Source: a virus. From it: a DNA stretch of 64,000 bases. The position numbers and the translations under genes are program-made. Location of the stretch: IMG/VR virus record IMGVR_UViG_3300022696_000117, positions 1 through 64,000 of that record, one strand, 5' to 3'. Shown piece after piece: positions 46,272 to 57,000 of this stretch. Below the pieces are notes generated by a model, which did not search any database, had not been told where the DNA came from, and saw only the letters and a list, made by a program, of their open reading frames with translations. Position 1 is the first letter of the stretch; each line of letters opens with the position of its first letter.

Positions 46272-46775
46272 CTATTGCTCCATTACCCAACAAAGCACTG
46301 ATATGGGCTCTCCGCTGCCGGGCGCAGTCACCGATCCCCGTATAAACTTGGCCCTGTAGGTAACCTCGGCAATCCCGAAGCCCTTTTTGGAGCATCTTAC
46401 ATTCTCTCCGTCTGGGCTTGGGCTCAGTGACCCGAGCCCAGACCCTACCCACTTGTAACTGAACGAGTCGGATATCGGCTTGCTGACACTTGCAGAGCGC
46501 GAGTTTGAAAACGTGATTCTCTCCTTGACCGTCATGGTGCCTGTCCCTCCGGAGCTGGCGCCGCCAATGTTGCTTTCCATCCTGGTTATGGAGAGGTTGG
46601 CCGGCTTTACGAAGATCCTGATGTGGGCGGCCGTTCCGAACGGAAACTGAGTTCTGCCCTCGTTTGCCTCGTCGTCCAGCTCCATGGATATAGATGGCGA
46701 GCTGTCGCTTGACTCTTCGCCTTCTTCCAGACCGAACGACACCTCTAATGTCGCGTGTGCTTTTTCTTCAGCCAT
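46272..46775 (-). CDS. tail protein, single-domain paralog of 44904..46271
   Basis: ATLEV.FG.E...ELDDEAN...F.FG..A.IR...E.ITF...SAS.S.P...W.G. Confidence 0.7.
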   Translation of the reverse strand: MAEEKAHATLEVSFGLEEGEESSDSSPSISMELDDEANEGRTQFPFGTAAHIRIFVKPANLSITRMESNIGGASSGGTGTMTVKERITFSNSRSASVSKPISDSFSYKWVGSGLGSLSPSPDGENVRCSKKGFGIAEVTYRAKFIRGSVTAPGSGEPISVLCWVMEQ

Positions 46776-47046
46776 CTATCTTTACCCTCCTGATAGTGCG
46801 AAATCCTGATAGCCCTGATATTCCGGTTATGACATAAAGCCCGGTGTTCGATTTTTCGAGAAAAACATTTGCGCCTATGGGAACCTTGCCTATCGTAGAC
46901 GGGCATGTAAAAAACCGGTCTCCGATCTGGACCTTGTAGGATCGGCGCAAGGCAGCCTTCAAGACCGTCCCTGTTTGAGACGCTTGTGAAGACGCAGACG
47001 AAGGCGACAGGCTTTTTTGAAGAACGCTTATGAGAGAGAAAGACAT
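46768..47046 (-). CDS. small tail protein
   Basis: Coupled ORF with an OB-like pattern. Confidence 0.55.
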   Translation of the reverse strand: MSFSLISVLQKSLSPSSASSQASQTGTVLKAALRRSYKVQIGDRFFTCPSTIGKVPIGANVFLEKSNTGLYVITGISGLSGFRTIRRVKIDG

Positions 47047-49160
47047 TTTATGACCTCAGCGTCGTCCCAGATGGCCGGTCCCTCCATTCTTATTGTGACC
47101 CTTCTCACCTTATTGTTCCCGACACATTCCACGTTTTCGTTTTGGATGAAAGCCGTGCTTCCATCCACGCAATCATCATGATGCGGGGCTGCGAAAGATG
47201 TCAACTCCGTATCATAAATTATGGCATCCAGCTCTGCCGTGCCTCTTTCCACACAGGCTGCCTCGGTCGTCAGCGCGTTGTCGGAAACTGGCGGAGCAGA
47301 CTTATCTCCTGCTCCGATCTCTACGATCACCGCCACCGATGCGGGGTTGTAATAGCTGAACACAGCCAGCAGGTGCTCTATCCTGTGCCGGACAATCTGA
47401 TATCTGCGATATGTGGACTCATATTTGATTTTGGCGACAGCCCACAAGCCGTCGCTCAACACGATGTCTTTGGTATGCGGGGTCCATTTATATTCTCCTG
47501 ACCCCGGCATTTTTCCGATCCATGCGAACTTCAGTATCTTGGTGATGGGGTGGCTTACAGAAGCTTTGCCCTCGGTGAAGGTGATCAGCTCTCTGTCTTC
47601 TACCGGCTCATCGTCATCATCATCGTCTTCCTTTTTCTCTACGATAGGAAATACATGAGAATGTTCACCGAGATCGATTATTTCACCGGCTGTGAGATAT
47701 GTTTCCAGCGGCTTCGGCGGTTCGTTTCCGGGCCAATACGCCCTGACGTGTACCGTTTGTCCGATTATCGGCGAGCTTTCCTCCACCTCCAATGTCGGAG
47801 ATTCAGAGGTGTCGCTTCCGACTCCGGATACCATGATCGCATTGTAGTCCTCTCCGTATCGTATTTCAGGCCCGGAAATGCTTACCAGACGGGTCCGGTC
47901 ATACGACACATCCGGCTTTTGCTTTTGCATGTAGACCGGCCGGGTCGGCCATTCTTTCCTGATTACGATTTCCTCTCCGGGCCCGCTTCTCACGATGGCT
48001 CTCAGCTTTCCGGCGATAGTCTGTAAGCAGGTGATGGGATCTGCATCGAACTCGAAGCCGGCCGGCAGGGGCCAATCGGCGATCTCCCATACTATCCTTC
48101 CGTGCGGCAGAAGGGTTTCAGCTACCTCTTTGGCGCTGGCAGGCTCTTCCAGGACCGGCGCTGACCAATCCTCTGTCAGATACTCCGGTTCGTTCCTGGC
48201 GGACAGGCTGAGGCACGACAGCGAAAACTGGTGCTCCCCGCTCGGCTTTCTGGCGTCGATTATGAACTTGTATATCTTGGTTCCGATGTGGACCTCGACC
48301 CGACATTCTCCACGATGTTTTTTCGGATTAACGGCATAAAACAGCTCCCTGTCCGAGGACGACAGCTCCAGGGTGTTGTGGACGCTGCTTTCGTCGAGAG
48401 AGATAGACGAGGAGGTGATCCTGTGGTTCACCGGCATGCCGTCGATGTAGATGATGTATTTCGTGGTAATCGGTATCGGTGTGCCGCCGCTTCCGCCAGG
48501 CACCGGCATGACGGTTCCGGGCCGGCCGGGCGGGGTTGCGATTTCTACCGAAGGCCGAATGGTCTTCGGCCTCCCGAGCCTGTCGATAGACAGAAGCTGT
48601 GAATAGAAGACATCTTTCTCGTGGAATCGCTCAAGCGCATCAAGCATGCTCGCTCGTTCACCCGGAGACAGTTTTTCGTCGAGCACGATAGATGTCCTGA
48701 ACACTCTGTTCAGGATCTCGGAAATTTCGACCGTGGAGACGTAGGTCCGATTCATCCGGTCTTCCAGCTCGATTATGTCAGGGTTCCGTTCGAAGGTTTC
48801 GGACAGCGTCAACATGGTTGATGACTGAACCCCACGAGACAGGGTGTCGCAAACGAGCAGCGCTTCAGTGAAGACATGGGCCAGTTTTTCCAGGAAAACA
48901 GTGTCTGAGGAGCCGCCGGACATTTTATCCGAAAGCATGAGGCCCGAACTCGACGGAACCCCCCTCGACAACCTTTCCAGCAGGTTCAGGCCTGTGGCCC
49001 AGACTGCCCCTGAAAGTTTTTCTAGGCAGGCCAGGTCTTTCGGGTTTTGCTCAAAGCAATCAGACAGGTCGAAGCCGGAAGATACCGACATCCTGTCGGA
49101 CAGAACGACCTCGCTGTAAAACTCGTCTCCGGAGCTTCCGAGAAGGAGGAGGAGCGTCAT
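47028..49160 (-). CDS. tail hub/baseplate-like protein with an N-terminal repeat region
   Basis: Short L.(D/E).L.R repeats, then YNAIMVSG and ACVERGTAELD hub-like segments. Confidence 0.55.
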   Translation of the reverse strand: MTLLLLLGSSGDEFYSEVVLSDRMSVSSGFDLSDCFEQNPKDLACLEKLSGAVWATGLNLLERLSRGVPSSSGLMLSDKMSGGSSDTVFLEKLAHVFTEALLVCDTLSRGVQSSTMLTLSETFERNPDIIELEDRMNRTYVSTVEISEILNRVFRTSIVLDEKLSPGERASMLDALERFHEKDVFYSQLLSIDRLGRPKTIRPSVEIATPPGRPGTVMPVPGGSGGTPIPITTKYIIYIDGMPVNHRITSSSISLDESSVHNTLELSSSDRELFYAVNPKKHRGECRVEVHIGTKIYKFIIDARKPSGEHQFSLSCLSLSARNEPEYLTEDWSAPVLEEPASAKEVAETLLPHGRIVWEIADWPLPAGFEFDADPITCLQTIAGKLRAIVRSGPGEEIVIRKEWPTRPVYMQKQKPDVSYDRTRLVSISGPEIRYGEDYNAIMVSGVGSDTSESPTLEVEESSPIIGQTVHVRAYWPGNEPPKPLETYLTAGEIIDLGEHSHVFPIVEKKEDDDDDDEPVEDRELITFTEGKASVSHPITKILKFAWIGKMPGSGEYKWTPHTKDIVLSDGLWAVAKIKYESTYRRYQIVRHRIEHLLAVFSYYNPASVAVIVEIGAGDKSAPPVSDNALTTEAACVERGTAELDAIIYDTELTSFAAPHHDDCVDGSTAFIQNENVECVGNNKVRRVTIRMEGPAIWDDAEVIKCLSLS

Positions 49161-50602
49161 TATTCGTTGGTCACCCGAATCGGGGTGATATTGTTTTCTT
49201 CAGACTCGGTTCCGGCAGGAACGATCTGTCTGACCCAGATATACATGGCCCCGAGGTGGGTGCTGAATTGAAGCTTGTCTCCGGCAGTCGGAGACCCGAT
49301 CCACCCGAGGTGGTCGACGGTGAATAGAGGCTCACCGGAAGCTGGATTGACAGGGGCGCAATCAGACGAGACGTTAAAAGTCCCAAGCGATCCGCCATTC
49401 ACTCCGGTCACTTGAAACGTGGAGGAGGAAGAGAACGTCAGCTCATAAGCGTCCTCTTCCACGCCGTCGTTCACAAGCTCAATCGGGTAGCTCGTCTCGT
49501 CATATATTCCGCCGGCGGAGGTGTCGTTAAATCCGTCGTAGCTCGCCACCAGATCACCGCCCTGGAGGGCTCCGGAGGCGTATGTGTTCGTTGCGCTGAA
49601 AGCTGTCGCTACCTGGCCGTCCAGGTCGATCGTGCAGATATTCCCGGAATAGGACCAACATTTGTCCCAATAGGTGATGGTTATGTCGGTGCCGTTGTCA
49701 GGGGCGGATACCCATGTCGGCTGAGTGGTCCAGGCCCCGGTCGCCGGGTTTATCTGGCCACCGGTGCAGTGGCCCTCGCAGTTCCCGTCTGAATCGAAGG
49801 TGATGGTCTGGCTCACGCCTGAGCAGGTGGCGGTGATCGTAGGCATAAAGTCCGACTTGATCAGAAGACCGTTGGTAATGCCGGACAAGGCCGAGAGCGT
49901 CGGCTGAACCGCACCGGTCCCGGTTCCGATTGATTCGTCTGTGGTTTTGTTTTCCGGCAGGGGAATTTTCTGTTCGTTGGAAACGCCGGTCTCGTATGTC
50001 ATTACCAAGTCGTTTCCCAAATAGCGCCCTTTTGGGTAAACCAGGTCCGAAGAATAGGTGGCCTTGGACCATGTGCCGTCAGCGTATGAGACCGAATCTC
50101 CGACCTTCACGTCAGAAGCCAAGGTCTGGCCGGCTTTGAACTGATCAGACAGGTAGAGGTATCCACCAGGTACGAACTCCGCTTCGTCGCCCTCCATCTC
50201 AAGCTCAAGCTGAGACTCTCCTCCGGACAGAGATGAGTTGAGTTTGCCTGCGCCGACCCACAGCTTCAGGTCTGCGCTCAACTCTGACTGAACATCTGTT
50301 TCTGTCCCGAGGGCCATCGTTTTTCTGTCTCCGCCATTGGTTGGAGACATAAAAAAGGCCATGGCGTTCAGCGCGGTTTCCGGGGGCGATCCGGACTTTT
50401 CGTTCTTGGCGCCGAACTTCCTGTAGACCGGCTCCTTCGGGCCACCCGGGTATCTGCCGGCCAGAAGATCCATCGCCGAAACATAGTCGAACAGGTTCAG
50501 CTGCGCTCCGGAGATGATCGGAACCCGCCCGATCCGACCGCCGTTTGCCGCGGTATCGGTGTTGTTGACTGCCTTATAAAAAACCAACGACTCAACGCTC
50601 AT
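49160..50602 (-). CDS. tail tip / distal tail structural protein
   Basis: TDTAANGGRIG...NLFDYVS...YRK; S/T/G-rich; WVRQIVPAGT. Confidence 0.65.
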   Translation of the reverse strand: MSVESLVFYKAVNNTDTAANGGRIGRVPIISGAQLNLFDYVSAMDLLAGRYPGGPKEPVYRKFGAKNEKSGSPPETALNAMAFFMSPTNGGDRKTMALGTETDVQSELSADLKLWVGAGKLNSSLSGGESQLELEMEGDEAEFVPGGYLYLSDQFKAGQTLASDVKVGDSVSYADGTWSKATYSSDLVYPKGRYLGNDLVMTYETGVSNEQKIPLPENKTTDESIGTGTGAVQPTLSALSGITNGLLIKSDFMPTITATCSGVSQTITFDSDGNCEGHCTGGQINPATGAWTTQPTWVSAPDNGTDITITYWDKCWSYSGNICTIDLDGQVATAFSATNTYASGALQGGDLVASYDGFNDTSAGGIYDETSYPIELVNDGVEEDAYELTFSSSSTFQVTGVNGGSLGTFNVSSDCAPVNPASGEPLFTVDHLGWIGSPTAGDKLQFSTHLGAMYIWVRQIVPAGTESEENNITPIRVTNE

Positions 50603-50612
50603 GATATGCTCC

Positions 50613-51017
50613 TTAAAGTTCCATGATTTTAATCGTCAAACTGTGGAATCTGTCATTTTCCTCGAAAACGGGCTTGTTCATGTGGATCGGGACGGCTGAA
50701 ATCACCGGTGGGTCTTCATGCGGAAACCTGAACTTGATTTTTGCTCCATGGTGGTTCCAAACGTACTGTGCGTCAGGCACCTGGGTAAGGGCGTGAAGAT
50801 CGGCCAGGTCTTTGAAAAGGATGGTGGCTGTTGTTTGAGTCCCGGCGAACACCCTTATCGGATTGTAATCCGGGCCCTCGAATAGAATTATGTTTCTGGC
50901 CAGCGCCCGCTCGACCACCGAGAATACCCCGGTGAATGCCAGCGGCTCCTGCTCTACAAGCTCGCTCGGCAATAGCACCAGACGCTCGGTCTCGTTAATA
51001 TCCCATAGCGAAATCAT
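50613..51017 (-). CDS. distal tail (Dit-like) protein
   Basis: Directly after the tape measure; ends TIKIMEL. Confidence 0.5.
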   Translation of the reverse strand: MISLWDINETERLVLLPSELVEQEPLAFTGVFSVVERALARNIILFEGPDYNPIRVFAGTQTTATILFKDLADLHALTQVPDAQYVWNHHGAKIKFRFPHEDPPVISAVPIHMNKPVFEENDRFHSLTIKIMEL

Positions 51018-54000
51018 TCGGTCTCCGTCGTTTTTCCATTCTGATTTGCTCCTTGAACTGTTCTATCTGGTCTACTCTGTCGTAAACCTGAACTGTGGTA
51101 TTGCCAAGAGTTAAATCCATTTTCCCCATATTTGTTGCTTCCTGAGCCGGACGAACGGCCCCACCGGTTGCGAAATGCTGAACGACCTGCTGTGTGAACT
51201 GAGGAACCATCTTCGGGACCGATATCTTGGGCATGACAGGTTTCACCGGCCCACCGAGGCTGAACTTCTGCACGAAAGAGCTCATGATGTCCTTTGCGTC
51301 GGACTTGGATCTGGATCGGAGCCAATTGAAGAAGCCGTGGCCGCCGAAGTTCTGCACGGTCGGCACGTCGATGACATGCTCGTTCGGTGTCAGCATGGCC
51401 GGTACGGTGTCTCCGGTTCCGGACCCGGGCACCCGGCCGCCGGTTGCGTATTTCAGGGGGGTGTCGCCCATCTTGCTGGTGATGTCCTTGGCCATCTTGG
51501 CAAGTTTTTTGAGCTTGCCTTCTGCTTCGGTGGTGTCCAGCTCGAATTTGGTTCCGGACTCAAGCTTATCCATGAACTCACCGGCCTTCTCCCTCGCCCT
51601 GTCGAGACCGGCATTGACTTCTTGTTCCAGCCGCTTCCCGATCGCTTCCAGCCGACCGTCGGTTACGGCCAGGGTCTTCTGGAGGGTGGCTGTGTGTTCC
51701 TCGGTTTTGGCCTGTGCTCTCTCCAGAACCTTAATCCGGCCTTCCTCTTCGGATTTAAGCGTGGAGAACATTTTCTTGACCGCTTCGGTGGATCTGGACC
51801 TTGCCCTCTCTGCGGAGATGATGACCTTTTCTTCGTCCTTGATCTCTCCCGTCATACCCTTGGCGGCGTTCATCGCCTCCTTGATGAGCTTGATCTTTTC
51901 TTCGTACCGATCGTTGCCCATCGCAACCGCTTTGTTGTATTTCTCGTTGATCTCAGCCCACTTGTCCTCGTAGGCTGCCTGTTCCGACATCCCTTCGCGT
52001 TTTTGGTCGCGGAGCCATTCTTCAACCGATTTCTGTTCTTCGGCCAGGCCCCTGCGAATATCGAGGATCTCGTTTGCGACATCCTTTTCCATCTGAAGGG
52101 ACGCTTCAAGCTCAGACTTCAGGGCCTGCCTGGCTTCTTCGTAATGCTTCTTCTTGGCTCTAAGCACCTGCTCGTCGATGTCCTTGACTTCCTCGGCGTA
52201 TTGTTTTTCAGCCTTGGTCATCTCCTTGGCCACATCGACGACGATCTTCTTTTTCTTTTCGGCGCCCTGGACCCGGTTCTGGGCGTCTGACTCGTAGAGG
52301 CGCTTCTTGGCCTCGTTGGCCTCCTTTTCGAGCGTCTCCATATCGATGTAGAATCTTTTGGTGCCTGCCAGAACATCCTGGTTGTGCTTGTCGATCAGGC
52401 CCTCGTTCATCGACCAGAATTTGTGGCGCTCGATGGCGTATTCGAGATCCAGGCGTTCCTGGTCGGTGATGGCCTCGGCTGTCGCCGCGGTCTCCTTGTT
52501 CAGGGCATCTTTTTTGATCCCGAGCGACCTGGCCGCGGCGTCCTTTTCCTTGGCCGCATAGTCGTCCAAGGCCGTGGCAGCAAGCCCGAGGGATTCTCTG
52601 ATGGCGCTGACCCGCTCCTGGGCCATTTTCAGGTTTATGGCTCTGATCTTGTCTTCAATGGTCTGCACCTGGCTGACATCAGGAACGATGCCGTAATATT
52701 GCGCCAGGGCCGCATTCTGTTTTTTGGCGGCGTCTATTTCTTCGCCTGACAACTTGGAATAATCACCAATGGATTCTTTGAGAGAGGCCAGGAACAGCTC
52801 CTTACCCCTGGCGTATTTTTCTTCGGTGCTGAGGGTGCCGAGATAAACCCTGACTTTTTCTGCATGGGCCTCCTTTGCGATCCGGATCTCTTCTTCCGAC
52901 ATCTCCGAGAGAACCCCGATAGATTCGTTCAGGGCCTTGTAGAGCGGGCTGTTTTTCGGAGAGAAGCCTGAGATCTCTTTCTTGAGGAAGGTGCTTTCAG
53001 CCTCGACCTTGAGCCGTTCAAGTTCGGTGATTTCATTCTGGTAGGCTTCGATCTTCTTGGAGGATTCCTCCTGGATTCGCTTGGTCTTGGCCGCGATGTC
53101 GTCCAGGACATTCTGGATGGATGCCTGGCGGGTAACCTTCATTTCGTCTTCGGCGATCTTTTTAAAAGCCTCAAACCTTTCACGCCAAATCGACTGAACC
53201 GTAGCAGAAATCTCTTCTTCGGTGTGTTTCATCGACTTGGCCTTGTTCTGATAGGCAATCGCTTCAGACTTGGTGTCAGCGAAGAACTTTTCGAAAGAGA
53301 TTTTCCTTCTTGAATCCAGTTTTCCGTAAAACTCCTCGAATTCGTTGTACGTGCTTTTTAGAACCCTATGGTCTCTGCTTCCGGTTTTGCTCCAGTCGAA
53401 CAGTTTTTCGAAGAGAGATTTTTTAGGCATTGCGTCGTTTACTTTTTGGGTGCCCTCCTTCACGATGCCCAAAAACTCCAGGATGGTCTGCCAGAAAGAC
53501 TTCTTCGCAGGCTCTCCGTCTTCACCAACGAAAGAGGTGACTATCCGTGGCCTCAAAGCGTTCGCTTCTCTTTCGAATTCTCTGGTGAGGCCGGTCATTT
53601 CTTCGGTTTTTTCTGACAGATCAGTTTCGCTCGACCCCCTGCCTCTGAACCAGACAACGGCTTTTGCAACCAGGCCTTTGCTGATCGTCTCCATCGCCCG
53701 CTTCATTCTGACTGCAACACTGTCGACCACGTTGTCATCGAGCATCGCTTCAAGCGGGTTGATGTCCTTGATGGTCCGCTCCACCTCTTCAAGGGAGGTT
53801 TCAGTCTCGGATTTTATTCTGTTGAAGAACCCGGATACCAACCCAAGTCCTGGAATCTGGTCTGTTATCCAGGCCATGGCCTCCGCAAAGGACTTCTTTA
53901 CGTCAAGCAGAAAGGCATGGATGTAGCCATATGCTTTCATGGTGTAGTCGTTCACCTTCATCGGCAAAGTGCCGAATAGGTCCATGTCGCCTATGATTCT

Positions 54001-57000
54001 GCCGAGATCCCAACCGATGAAGAAAGCCTGAACCGCAGCCATCACCATATTAAACTTGGATGCCACGGTAGCCGCTGCGCCCGCTATCTTTGCCAGGCCG
54101 GTACTCAGACCTGGGACCTTCGCAACCATGGCAGTAAATGCCTTGGCGGCCGAGGACCCGTGCGTAGACAGTTTGGCGAATGCGGTTCTGCCTATTTCGG
54201 AGAGGCCGGTAATGGCTTTTCGTGCCAGGTCCGCAGAAGAAGCCATTACCTTGAACGGTCTTTGTGCGAATTTGAAATACTCTTGCAGCCCCTTTATTCC
54301 AAGCTTGATGCCGGCCACCACGCTTTTGTTCTTATCCATGAAGTCGACAAAAGCAGCGGAGATCCCGTTTTTAGCGTCAGAGGCAATCTTGGCTGGGGCT
54401 GTGAGCGCATCAGTCAGGGCCGTTTTCACCTTCTCAGCGGCGATTTCCGCCTTGTCGGATATGCTTGTCTTTAAATCGAATCCGAGCGTGAAGACTTTCC
54501 CGACATTGGCCATCATGCCGATAGATTTTTTGGTCCAGGCTTCAAAAATTGAACTCATGGCGCCGAGGGCATCGGCCCATTTCGGGGAGAAGTAACCAAC
54601 CGTGTTGTCTATTACGGCCCTGAACGAGTCACCTATGGTAGAAACAAAGCCAAGCGCAATGCCTTCCGCCTCGTCGAGCTTTTTGTTCAGGCCTACAAGG
54701 AAGTCCTCTCCGTCCTGGCCCACCAAAGAGATGATGTATCTTGCGCCCATGTGATAGGCGTCTTCTGCAAGCTGTCGAAGCTCTTTCCCGGTGTTCAGGA
54801 TTTTGTCGATCAGCGGCTCACCATTGTCTGCAATGAACCGCATCGTGAAATTGGTGTTCAGCTTCGATAGAGACGCCTTGAATTTTTCAGAGAAGAACAG
54901 GAACTCGTCCAGCCTGTCTTCAGGGGTCTTTTCGCCCTCATCAGTCACGAGGTTTACGACGAAATTCGGAGAGTGTTTCTTGACCGAATCTGAAAACTCT
55001 TCGAGCTTGGCTTCGGTGGCGTCTATAGCGTCGCCCACAGGCTTTCCTGCGCCGTCCGTGAAGAAGGTCTTGACCTTTTCTGCGTTCTTGTCTGCCTTCT
55101 TGAAGATGCCCCTTATAGAATGGACGACGTTTGAGGCGAAGGCAATTGGGTCGTCTCCGTCCTCCGTCTCTATACCGAGACGCATGATGGCGTTGATGTT
55201 GCCTACGCTCTTCGAAAAAGATGTCGCCTTCGAGATATTCTTCTTTACGCCATCCGTGAAGCTGTCGCCTTCGTCGGTCCCGAAGAAAATTGAAAGACCG
55301 GTCTTCAGACGGCCGGTCCAGGTGGAGAATTTGTTCAGGTTTTCCTTCAGCAGATCAACCTGCTCAGAAACAGGAACACCTTCCGTGGTCCCGTCGCTTC
55401 CGGTAAAGGCTATCCTGAATAGAGCCGCCCCGGCCTTGGCTCGGTCCAGAAGACTGCCCTCGCCTCTGAATTGGGCATAGAGATTACTCAGCTCATCTCC
55501 GCCCTCTACCGAGATTTCGACCTTTTTTTCACCGGATAGGGCATCGGCTTTTTTGCCGAGAGTATCGAGTTCTTTAGACGCTTCCGCGACAGCCGGTCCC
55601 AGGTTGAAAAAACCTGATATTGCCTTGACGGCTCCGCTTCCTCCAATCTTGGAAAAGAATCCGGACGCCGACTCCGCAGCGGATGACAATCCATCTCTCA
55701 GCTTTTCTGCGGTCTCGTATGCCCCTATGAGGGCCTTCGGCATATCTATGCCGAACTTTTCGCCTATCTTCTGTACGGTGATCAGCGCACCGCCGACCGA
55801 GTCGATCATATCGGCGGCTTGCTCTTCAACCGGCCGGCCGTCGTCTCCGAGGATTCCAAAGGTGAGCGTGGCCTTGAGGTCGTTCACCTTGGTCACCAAG
55901 GCTGTGGCGGCCATCAGCGCCTTCTTGGCCTCCTCCGGGATCGGCGCACCGGTCTTTGCAGCCACTACGCCGATCTTCAGCGCGGCCTTGGCTGCATTGA
56001 TGGTGTTCTGCGTCTTTTCGACGTCGCCCATGACCGCTCTGAGTTTGTCTTCTATGGGCATTTTTTGACCTTCGTCAGAAACGAAGACCTCGAAAGCGGT
56101 TTTCATGCCCGATATGGTGCCGGATGCCTCGGAAAATTTCCCCATCATTTTCTCGATGGCGTCATCAAGGGGTATCCCAGTAGCGTCCGAAAATTCGGCG
56201 ATGAAGGAAACAAGCAGGCCACCGATAAACTTGACGAGGGACATGAATTGGTCCTTGGCCCACGACAACCCCTCAGAAAGCGGCATGCCTCCGATCTTTA
56301 TGTCTGCGGTCATTTCGGCAGTGGTTTTGTTGATATAGTCTGACAGGGCCTTGAACTTACCCTTGACCCACTCTACTATCCCCCCGAATGAAATCCCTTC
56401 TTCCGTTTCGAACTTGGCTCTGAACTTTGTTATTGTTTCGTTTATTGAGTCGGAAAGGAGCTTCATCCTTTTTTTGATGTGCTCCATCTGCTCTTCAAGA
56501 GGTGCCCCGTCCTTGGTCCAGAATCTCACCGAGAAAACAGCGCCGAGAGTCCCGATTACCTGCTTCAAGCCCTCGAACCCCTTCAGGGTTTCTGATATCC
56601 TTTGCGTAATCGGCTTCCCGTTTTCTGAGGAAAACTTTATCTTGAACTCGGACGCCTTTCCTTTCACATACTTTGATGCCTCTAAGATATTCTCTTTCAC
56701 CCACTTCAAAGTAGACGAAAGCGGGTTTCCTTCTCCATCGGTGAACTTCGTAATAAAGCTGGTCACCACCCGCCCGACCCGGCGGGCCATCCCCATGATG
56801 CCGCCTTCCATATCCTTGATTTTTTCTGTGAGCGGCTTTACACTGTTGTTTTCGCCCATGAAGGAGACGGTGAAGGTGGAGACCAGGCCCTCAATCAGGC
56901 CTGCCAGGCCCTCTGCGGACTTGGCGACCTCTCCCATTTTTGCGGTGGTAGCCAGTCCGTCGGCTGACAAAAAGTCTGTGGTGAAGGTGCTCCCGAGATT

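Noticed and set aside
40817-50602. Diversity-generating retroelement or invertible tail-fibre system
   Set aside because: No reverse transcriptase or invertase; tail repeats are old protein-level duplications, not near-identical TR/VR pairs
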